Below, in pieces: positions 39,564-45,821 of a stretch of 58,425 nt of DNA. The DNA is from a virus. Taxonomy: Duplodnaviria; Caudoviricetes. The position numbers were made by a program, and so were the translations under genes. Below the pieces are notes generated by a model that did not search any database, was not told the origin of the DNA, and saw nothing but the letters and a program-made list of their open reading frames with translations. The stretch lies in IMG/VR virus record IMGVR_UViG_3300030376_003371, positions 1-58,425 of that record. One strand, written 5' to 3'. Position 1 is the stretch's first letter. Each line of letters begins with the position of its first letter.

Positions 39564-39847
39564 TATGCTTTTCTTGTTTGCTTAAATCCTTTTAACTGTT
39601 TAAGTTTTCCAAGACCCATCAATGTTATACTGTTGGTTTGTCTAGAGCCTTTATTAATATTCTCACTTACATTATTTGTATTATTAATAATATTCTCTGC
39701 TTGAGAATTTTTAACAGCCAAGTCAGCAATATCACGAAACGTTGCGAGTGATTTATTTATGTTTTGACTCATTGGACTTCCTCCTATATCTTTTACATCA
39801 GCGTCAGGAATTTTCGTGTCCTTTGTTAATTTGTTATCTTTGCTCAT
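39563..39847 (-). CDS. Hypothetical protein
   Basis: TAACTTTG (39852-39859) lies 4 nt before the ATG. Confidence 0.7.
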   Translation of the reverse strand: MSKDNKLTKDTKIPDADVKDIGGSPMSQNINKSLATFRDIADLAVKNSQAENIINNTNNVSENINKGSRQTNSITLMGLGKLKQLKGFKQTRKA

Positions 39848-39877
39848 AATGCAAAGTTAATTAAATTAAATTTATTC

Positions 39878-40276
39878 GTGGATTCAGAAAATTACCTAAA
39901 GTATTGGAGAGTTGTTCGATACTATATAAAAAAGAAATATAAACTTACTACAGCAGAGCTTGAGGTTCTTTTGTTTTTAAAAAGTGAGGGACGTTTTTCT
40001 AGAGATGACTTTCAGAAATTTAATGAAGTCATTAGTTGGGACAAGAAACGTTTTGAAAAACTCAGACAGGATGGTTGGATAGAGAAGTTTAGAAACAGGG
40101 TAGGAAAAAACAAAGCACTATATCAACTCACTTATAAATCTAAAAGAGTTATTGCTTCAGTATACTCCAAACTAAATGGAGATGAAATACCTACTTCAAT
40201 GTTTCAAAGTAAAAGTTATATGGATAAAGTATATAGAAATTTTATAGAACAACTACGACATCCCTCTGCTGAATAA
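39878..40276 (+). CDS. Winged-helix (MarR-like) DNA-binding protein
   Basis: LTTAELEVLLFL...FEKLRQDGWIEK...LYQLTYKSK; lone plus-strand gene in the minus arm. Confidence 0.65.
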   Translation: MDSENYLKYWRVVRYYIKKKYKLTTAELEVLLFLKSEGRFSRDDFQKFNEVISWDKKRFEKLRQDGWIEKFRNRVGKNKALYQLTYKSKRVIASVYSKLNGDEIPTSMFQSKSYMDKVYRNFIEQLRHPSAE

Positions 40277-40499
40277 CCGTAATCTTTTTTCCTTCTATCA
40301 AAAGAGTATGTGCGTTTCTAAAGTCATAGTATATTTCTTCATCAGGATTAATTCCTTCTACTTCATTTCCTACTGAATAAACTTTTCCTTTATGATAACG
40401 TCTACGTTGAGCTTCCTCATTTGTAAGCAGTATGCCCGACTCAGTCTTTAACTCTTCCTCTATTGGTTCTACTAAAATATATTTACTTATTGGTCTCAT
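40242..40499 (-). CDS. groES: Co-chaperonin GroES
   Basis: MRPISKYILVEP..EELKTESGILL...GKVYSVG...DVVVVL. Confidence 0.9.
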   Translation of the reverse strand: MRPISKYILVEPIEEELKTESGILLTNEEAQRRRYHKGKVYSVGNEVEGINPDEEIYYDFRNAHTLLIEGKKITVIQQRDVVVVL

Positions 40500-40627
40500 A
40501 CAACTTCTTGTTCCTGTTCGATTGTTTTATATATACGATATCCGTTTTCTTTTAATAACGTAATAGCGTCTTGTATCTTTTTCTCTTCACTTCTAAAGTG
40601 TTCGAAAATTTGGTTTGATATTGCCAT
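40496..40627 (-). CDS. Small hypothetical protein (43 aa) between groEL and groES
   Basis: MAISNQIFEHFRSEEKKIQDAITLLKENGYRIYK...; ATGA overlap with groES. Confidence 0.7.
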   Translation of the reverse strand: MAISNQIFEHFRSEEKKIQDAITLLKENGYRIYKTIEQEQEVV

Positions 40628-40629
40628 AA

Positions 40630-42228
40630 TTAATTTTTCTTTCTATGCATCGTAATGATTGCATTGGTTGATAATAATGTAACTGCTACGCTAACTGCAT
40701 TTTGTAAAGCGGACCTTGTTACTTTCACCGGGTCTATAACTCCCATCTTTATTAAATCTCCCCACTCTTCATTCTTTACATCTAATCCCTCACCCCATTT
40801 TCGGTCAGGATTCTTTTCATACAAGTAAACGTCCATTCCTGCGTTACGCAGTATTTGAACTAACGGAGCTTGTAACGCATTTCCTAAAATTGCGTAAGCA
40901 ATTTTTTTTGTTGAATTTTTGTCACACTCTTTAGACTTGTCTAAATATTCCTCGCCTATTGTAAACAATGACAATCCTCCCCCGGGGAGTATGCCTTCTT
41001 CTAGAGCTGACTTAACTGCACATACTGCATCGTCAACTCTATCGTATAGTTCTTTTTGTTCGAGGTCTGTATTACCTCCAACATAGATTACTCCTATACC
41101 TCCTGTAAGGGAAGCGATTCTTTTTTCTATAAAGCTTCTCAGCTGTTTATCTTTAGCTGCACTATGTTGAACCCATAACTCTTCTACTCTTGTATCTACT
41201 GCATCTTGATTTTCTGTAGCATCATCCTTAATGATGATACTTGAGTCACGACCAACTATCACCTTGGAACAATGACCCAAGTCACCAAAGTTTATCAAGC
41301 TCAAATCATCTCCGGTTTCGCCACTAAAGTAAGTAGCTCCAACTGCAAGAGCAATGTCGTTCATAAGTTCATGTTGTCTATAACCAAAGTCAGGTGGTGC
41401 AATGTTTACAATCTTAAGACTGTTCTTCATTACATTCGCTGCCATTGTGTTAATGAATCCTTGAGAGCATGGAGCAATAATCAATAACTTCTTTTGTTCA
41501 TTGATAATTGTTTTCAATACATTCTCAATTTGTAATATACTATTTATTTCGGTATCACATACAAGCACATGCACATCCTCATGTATACATTCGTCATGCT
41601 TATGGTTATTAATAAACAAGTGTGATGTCCACCCTCTATCTATCTTAATACCCTTTGTGCTTTCGTAATACGTCTCATGGGTTTTGGATTTCTCCACAGT
41701 CACTATCCCATCTTTACCAACTTCTTTATATACATCAGCTATTTGTTTTCCAATCTTCTCATCGTTGTTGGCTGAGATAACTGCAACATCTTTTAATTTA
41801 TTACCTGCTATCTTTTTACCTTTCTTGTGAAGCTGACTAATAATAGATTGAGATTCTTCCTGTAGTATTTTTAATACCTCAGTATTGTTGGTCTCCTCAT
41901 CTATTAATTCCATACCGGCTTTGACTAAAGCTTCGGTAAGTACAATTGCTGTTGTCGTTCCATCTCCTGCTGAGGTTGCAGTCTTATCAGCTGCTTCCTT
42001 CATGATACGAACCGCTAGGTTCTCCACAGCGTCTAAAAGAAAAATAGACTTAGCCACAGTCACACCATCCTTGGTTACTGTGATTCCATGTGTATGTTCT
42101 TGAGATTCAATGAGGACTGTATTTCCTCGGGGACCCAATGTAGACTTTACTGCCTTAGCTATTTGTGTTATACCGCTAAGTAACTTTTCTCTACCATCGG
42201 AATCGAAGTGTAGTTGTTTTGGATTCAT
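40630..42228 (-). CDS. groEL: Chaperonin GroEL
   Basis: TLGPRG, TKDGVTVAK, AGDGTTTA, DRVDDAVCAVKSALEEGILPGGG, GVIDPVKV; no GGM tail. Confidence 0.97.
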   Translation of the reverse strand: MNPKQLHFDSDGREKLLSGITQIAKAVKSTLGPRGNTVLIESQEHTHGITVTKDGVTVAKSIFLLDAVENLAVRIMKEAADKTATSAGDGTTTAIVLTEALVKAGMELIDEETNNTEVLKILQEESQSIISQLHKKGKKIAGNKLKDVAVISANNDEKIGKQIADVYKEVGKDGIVTVEKSKTHETYYESTKGIKIDRGWTSHLFINNHKHDECIHEDVHVLVCDTEINSILQIENVLKTIINEQKKLLIIAPCSQGFINTMAANVMKNSLKIVNIAPPDFGYRQHELMNDIALAVGATYFSGETGDDLSLINFGDLGHCSKVIVGRDSSIIIKDDATENQDAVDTRVEELWVQHSAAKDKQLRSFIEKRIASLTGGIGVIYVGGNTDLEQKELYDRVDDAVCAVKSALEEGILPGGGLSLFTIGEEYLDKSKECDKNSTKKIAYAILGNALQAPLVQILRNAGMDVYLYEKNPDRKWGEGLDVKNEEWGDLIKMGVIDPVKVTRSALQNAVSVAVTLLSTNAIITMHRKKN

Positions 42229-42254
42229 TTTAAATTTAATTAGATTATACTTAG

Positions 42255-42262
42255 CAAATATA
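42255..42262 (-). promoter_or_regulatory. Bacteroidota -7 promoter element for groEL
   Basis: TATATTTG upstream of 42228. Confidence 0.65.
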
Positions 42263-42286
42263 AAAAAATAATTTTTAATATGAATA

Positions 42287-42473
42287 TGTTGAGATGTCGA
42301 CTTTTTATCTCCCTTACTCTCTCTCTCTTATTATACACATGAATATTTTATTTCCATATACGAGGCTTTAAACTTAACATAGTTAACATTTTATAATTAA
42401 CATATTGATTATCAATTAGTTACAAAACTAAAGTCAACATAAAGTTAACATAAAGTCAACATAAGGATAACAT
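42287..42473. other. Origin-like element, copy 1 (11-bp iterons plus IHF-consensus sites)
   Basis: AAAGTCAACAT/AAAGTTAACAT/AAAGTCAACAT/AAGGATAACAT at 42430-42473; WATCARNNNNTTR on both strands at 42398-42422; core shared with 51536-51690. Confidence 0.6.
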
Positions 42474-42477
42474 ATAT

Positions 42478-42512
42478 AAAAAGAAAAGAGGCTACCAAGT
42501 GGTAACCTCTCT
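42478..42512 (-). terminator. Probable intrinsic terminator
   Basis: AGAGGTTACC-ACTT-GGTAGCCTCT followed by TTTCTTTTT on the minus strand. Confidence 0.7.
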
Positions 42513-42571
42513 TTATATGGTTAGTCAAAACACTACTAAAAACTAACCTAACACAAACTACTCGCTATAGT

Positions 42572-42772
42572 CTATCTTTTAAATAAGTCAATGTTAGCTT
42601 GGGATAACTCATTACCCTCTGCTATCATTTGAACCTTTTCATATCTTTTTGCGGAAGCTCTCATTTGAGCTAACTTAGTAATTCCCATCTCAGGTGATGG
42701 TGCCATATTAATAAGTCTTCCGTCTTTTACTTCATAACCTTGCATTGAAGGTGGAATATTAAATCGTCTCAT
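42572..42772 (-). CDS. Hypothetical protein
   Basis: 66 aa with its own TATCTTTG promoter (42795-42802) and terminator. Confidence 0.7.
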   Translation of the reverse strand: MRRFNIPPSMQGYEVKDGRLINMAPSPEMGITKLAQMRASAKRYEKVQMIAEGNELSQANIDLFKR

Positions 42773-43156
42773 AGTATTATCTTTTGTTCACCTACAAAGA
42801 TAGTAAAATTTTATTTAGATACTCAGGGCATTTGGGTTATATATAGCGACACGCAACCCGACCCCCTCAGGAAAACGATATTTTTTTTGTTTGACCTTGA
42901 CATTTTCAAAATCGCATGTCTGATTTTTTTGCCTTTTTTTTTATGGGGTACCCTACCCCCTCTGTTAGTTGTAGTATTTTCTCCCTGTATACGTTACACC
43001 ACCATTCACCCCCTGTTGACCTCTGTCCTTCCCTCCGTTAGACCTTCCCCTAACCCACGCATGAACTGAACAAAAGTTTTAAAGAAGACCTTCCCTTCGT
43101 TAGTACCTGTATGAAGTCATTTGACCTAAAACAAAACTACATAATCTCACATAATT

Positions 43157-43181
43157 TAATTCATTGATAATCAGCGAGTTA
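43157..43181. promoter_or_regulatory. Double IHF-consensus site upstream of the early promoter
   Basis: AATCAGCGAGTTA (+) and TATCAATGAATTA (-) both match WATCARNNNNTTR. Confidence 0.5.
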
Positions 43182-43287
43182 AAAAGAAAATAACAAAATA
43201 ATTAAAAAAAAGTTTGGTAGTTAAATATATTTAGACGAGATTTGTTAAAAATTTAATAATTATTTAAACATTTAAACACTTACAATT

Positions 43288-43473
43288 ATGACACATTTAA
43301 ACACAAACGCAGTAACTGATAACACAATCACAAACAAGGCACAAGAGCAATTCCTTCTTGAAGACATAGTAGAGAGAGATTTTGCTTTAGGACTGATAAC
43401 TGAAGACGAGTACGAAGTAGAGATACAGAAAATCTACTATAGCTTTGCAGATTTATACGGATTTCCTGCGTAA
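43288..43473 (+). CDS. First early gene, small acidic protein
   Basis: 61 aa; leader TAAACACTTACAATTATG. Confidence 0.75.
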   Translation: MTHLNTNAVTDNTITNKAQEQFLLEDIVERDFALGLITEDEYEVEIQKIYYSFADLYGFPA

Positions 43474-43496
43474 ATCAAACAGGGGTCTTTGACCCC

Positions 43497-43546
43497 TCTG
43501 TCCAAGGGAATGTCCCTTGCTGATGAGACGAAGAAGTCGAAACAGA
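43497..43546 (+). ncRNA. Type III hammerhead ribozyme (HH1), predicted cleavage after C43502
   Basis: UCU-GUC, stem I CAAGGG/CCCUUG, CUGAUGA, stem II GAC/GUC, GAAA, CAGA closing stem III; complete canonical core. Confidence 0.92.
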
Positions 43547-43574
43547 AAATAATATATATATAAACACTACAATT

Positions 43575-43718
43575 ATGAAATCAATTTTAAACTTTAACAT
43601 CGTTGAAAAAGCAATCATGTTCACTCTAACGTCACTTGTGGCAGTAAGTTGGACAATGTTAGTCTTCCATATGTTAACAGAAGGAATTGTTGCATCCTCA
43701 TTCGGTATTTACGGATAA
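43575..43718 (+). CDS. Small membrane peptide (47 aa) between the two hammerheads, not in the ORF track
   Basis: MKSILNFNIVEKAIMFTLTSLVAVSWTMLVFHMLTEGIVASSFGIYG; leader TAAACACTACAATTATG nearly identical to that of 43288. Confidence 0.8.
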   Translation: MKSILNFNIVEKAIMFTLTSLVAVSWTMLVFHMLTEGIVASSFGIYG

Positions 43719-43724
43719 ATCAAC

Positions 43725-43752
43725 AGAACCTGAGCAAGTTCTTAAACTGCTT
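43725..43752 (+). ncRNA. Predicted H-type pseudoknot directly 5' of HH2
   Basis: Stem 1 AGAAC/GUUCU, stem 2 GAGCA/UGCUU, linker UAAAC. Confidence 0.6.
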
Positions 43753-43801
43753 CTGTCGTAAGGTGTGTACCTTACCTGATGAAGCAAAAGCAGAAACAGA
43801 A
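43751..43801 (+). ncRNA. Type III hammerhead ribozyme (HH2, variant stem II), predicted cleavage after C43757
   Basis: UUCU-GUC, stem I GUAAGGU/ACCUUAC, CUGAUGA, A-GC-AAAA-GC-A, GAAA, CAGAA. Confidence 0.8.
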
Positions 43802-43822
43802 ACTTAAATTAAATCTTAAACA

Positions 43823-44758
43823 ATGAGTAACACAAACGCAGTCGCAAAGAAAGTAAAAGCTACACTTCTTGAAGGACTTAAAAAAGATGGCTTACAATGG
43901 TTCAAACCATGGAAATCAGGATTAAATTTTCCTATCAATAACAAATCAGGTAGAGCATACCGAGGTTTTAATACTTTCATCCTGAACGCTGAGATGAAAG
44001 AGAAAGAGTACAAGTTTAACGAATGGGATACCTTCAAGAGCATATCATCAAGAGGTGGTAAGGTCAACAAAGGTGAGAAAGGAACAGACGTTTATTTTTG
44101 GTTAATATCTTATACTGCCATGGGTGGTTCAGGTAAATGGTACAGAACCAAAGCCGAATGTATGAAGAATGAAAATTGTACTGAAGCAGATATATTTACT
44201 AATTTCAATCTGAGATTCTACAGAGTTTGGAACATCGCACAATGTGAAGGTTTGTCTCCAAGAAGAATAGAAGACGAGACGAAAGTTGTACACGAGCCAA
44301 TCGAAAGTTGCGAGAATATAGTATCTAACTATAAAAAGATAGCTAAGAAGTTGCAAATCGTTGAATTAGAGCAAGATAAAGCATACTATTCACCTTCGAA
44401 AGATAAGATAGTGATGCCACTAAGAAGTCAGTTTAGTAAATTAGATAAATTCTATCACACACTATTTCACGAAATGGTTCATTCAACAGGTCATGACTCA
44501 AGGTTAAATCGTGAAGGAGTTGCTACGGCAAATATGTTAAACAAGACCAAACATGATTATGCATTTGAAGAGTTAATTGCTGAGTCAGGTGCAATGATGT
44601 TGTCAGGTATGTCAGGAATTGAAACCAAAGACGAAGACAAGCAGAGTCAAGCGTATGTTAACGGATGGGTCAAAGCAGTAGAGAAAGCCAACGAGAAAGC
44701 AGTTGTATCTGCTCTAACGCAGTCAGCCAAGGCAGTTGACTACATCTTAGGAGAGTAA
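43823..44758 (+). CDS. ardC: ArdC-like antirestriction/ssDNA-binding protein with a zincin domain
   Basis: WFKPW...PINNKSGRAYRGFN...WDTF...GGKVNKGEKG...VWNIAQCEG; AYYSPSKDKIVMP; TLFHEMVHSTGH..RLNR; YAFEELIAE. Confidence 0.92.
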   Translation: MSNTNAVAKKVKATLLEGLKKDGLQWFKPWKSGLNFPINNKSGRAYRGFNTFILNAEMKEKEYKFNEWDTFKSISSRGGKVNKGEKGTDVYFWLISYTAMGGSGKWYRTKAECMKNENCTEADIFTNFNLRFYRVWNIAQCEGLSPRRIEDETKVVHEPIESCENIVSNYKKIAKKLQIVELEQDKAYYSPSKDKIVMPLRSQFSKLDKFYHTLFHEMVHSTGHDSRLNREGVATANMLNKTKHDYAFEELIAESGAMMLSGMSGIETKDEDKQSQAYVNGWVKAVEKANEKAVVSALTQSAKAVDYILGE

Positions 44759-44768
44759 TCTCCTTACC

Positions 44769-44813
44769 TTCAGGAATGGTTGCAAGGGGGTTCGATTCCC
44801 CCTCCTGAAACTA
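44769..44813 (+). ncRNA. Minimal tRNA mimic TL1 (acceptor stem plus T arm only)
   Basis: TTCAGGA/TCCTGAA 7-bp stem, 10-nt linker ATGGTTGCAA, GGGGG-TTCGATT-CCCCC, then A-CTA. Confidence 0.75.
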
Positions 44814-44835
44814 ATTTAATTTAATATATATAACT

Positions 44836-44949
44836 ATGAATGCAAAACGTTTAGGCAAGTTAGCCAAGAAAATTCAAAACATCATGTTGGTTGTGATACC
44901 ATCGTATTTTATAATCAGGATACTTGTATCCGTAATCTTTGGAGTATGA
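44836..44949 (+). CDS. Small membrane peptide (37 aa), not in the ORF track
   Basis: MNAKRLGKLAKKIQNIMLVVIPSYFIIRILVSVIFGV; ATGA overlap with the next gene. Confidence 0.7.
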   Translation: MNAKRLGKLAKKIQNIMLVVIPSYFIIRILVSVIFGV

Positions 44950-45173
44950 TATATATAATTAGCATGAAATCAATGTGGGGTAATTACAGGACGTTCCTAA
45001 AGGACTTCAATGATGAGCAACACATGAACAATTGGGTGAACCTTATGATTAGAAAAGGTCATAAGATTATAGGTGTACAACGTCAGTACATGAACATCGC
45101 AAAACATCGCAAGGAAATGCAGTTGGAACATAACCAAGCTAAAGCAAGGCGAATAAGAAAATATAATATATAA
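44946..45173 (+). CDS. Hypothetical early protein
   Basis: 75 aa, translationally coupled. Confidence 0.7.
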   Translation: MIYIISMKSMWGNYRTFLKDFNDEQHMNNWVNLMIRKGHKIIGVQRQYMNIAKHRKEMQLEHNQAKARRIRKYNI

Positions 45174-45193
45174 CTGCGAAAAACACAGAAAAA

Positions 45194-45225
45194 CTTGCAT
45201 ATGTCGAAATTTTGTCGTATGTTTG
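45194..45225 (+). promoter_or_regulatory. Bacteroidota sigma-A promoter
   Basis: CTTG ... TATGTTTG (45218-45225), about 18 nt before TL2. Confidence 0.7.
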
Positions 45226-45242
45226 TCGAAATTCTGATTAAA

Positions 45243-45316
45243 AGTAGGAGCATGGTGCAAGTAGAGGGAGTTGAAAACCCTTGAAAATTGAAGTTCGAAT
45301 CTTCATCCTACAACTA
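45243..45316 (+). ncRNA. Degenerate tRNA-like element TL2
   Basis: GTAGGA/TCCTAC acceptor, GCATGGTGC mini D-arm, GAGGG-AGTTGAAAA-CCCTT arm, TGAAG-TTCGAAT-CTTCA T arm, then A-A-CTA. Confidence 0.7.
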
Positions 45317-45334
45317 AGATTAAATATATATAAC

Positions 45335-45694
45335 ATGGAAAAAAAACACTACATCTTTGATTACCTCAGCACAGCTGACGGATACGAAATCGGTTGGCTA
45401 CATGAGGACACACAAAAAAATATTAGCGACCCTGATTCAGAATTATTCTATGATAAATATGGGATGATGGAGTCTGCGAAAGAGTTAGTTCTTGAGGGTC
45501 ATGAGTTTACTAACTATTGGTTAGATGAATCTGACATTGATGAATGGATTGAAGAGAGAGATAGATGCGAAACCTGTGAAGGAGAAGGCACTATCATCTG
45601 TCCAACTTATGATGACCCATACAACGAAGAACCTTGTATGGATTGTCAGGATGATGGTTCAGATTTAGCTTACGAATTATCAGTAGGCAAATAA
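45335..45694 (+). CDS. Acidic protein with a C-terminal CxxCxGxG...CxxC zinc finger
   Basis: CETCEGEG...CMDC; start moved to ATG 45335. Confidence 0.75.
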   Translation: MEKKHYIFDYLSTADGYEIGWLHEDTQKNISDPDSELFYDKYGMMESAKELVLEGHEFTNYWLDESDIDEWIEERDRCETCEGEGTIICPTYDDPYNEEPCMDCQDDGSDLAYELSVGK

Positions 45695-45709
45695 TATATA
45701 TATAATACA

Positions 45710-45802
45710 GAACAGGTGCTACCTTGGTGGTCGGAGTGGTTTGTAAGATTTGACACATACGTTAGTTTAAAAACAGAGGTTCGAATCCTCGCCTGTTCTC
45801 TA
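45710..45802 (+). ncRNA. tRNA-like element TL3 with a non-canonical interior
   Basis: GAACAGG/CCTGTTC 7-bp acceptor, GAGG-TTCGAAT-CCTC T arm, then T-CTA. Confidence 0.65.
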
Positions 45803-45821
45803 ATTTTTAAACACTACATAT

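Noticed and set aside
8129-41885. Other short opposite-strand or nested ORFs inside structural genes and groEL
   Set aside because: Nested in well-supported genes, mostly non-ATG starts, no leaders
42887-43069. 60-aa ORF in the strand-switch region
   Set aside because: TTG start and low-complexity Pro/Leu/Phe product from C- and T-rich non-coding DNA
45281-45334. N-terminal extension of the zinc-finger ORF given in the track
   Set aside because: The TTG start lies inside tRNA-like element TL2, while ATG 45335 has the typical leader
44769-45802. Functional decoding tRNA genes
   Set aside because: None has a canonical D arm with a 7-nt anticodon loop, so they are reported as tRNA-like elements instead
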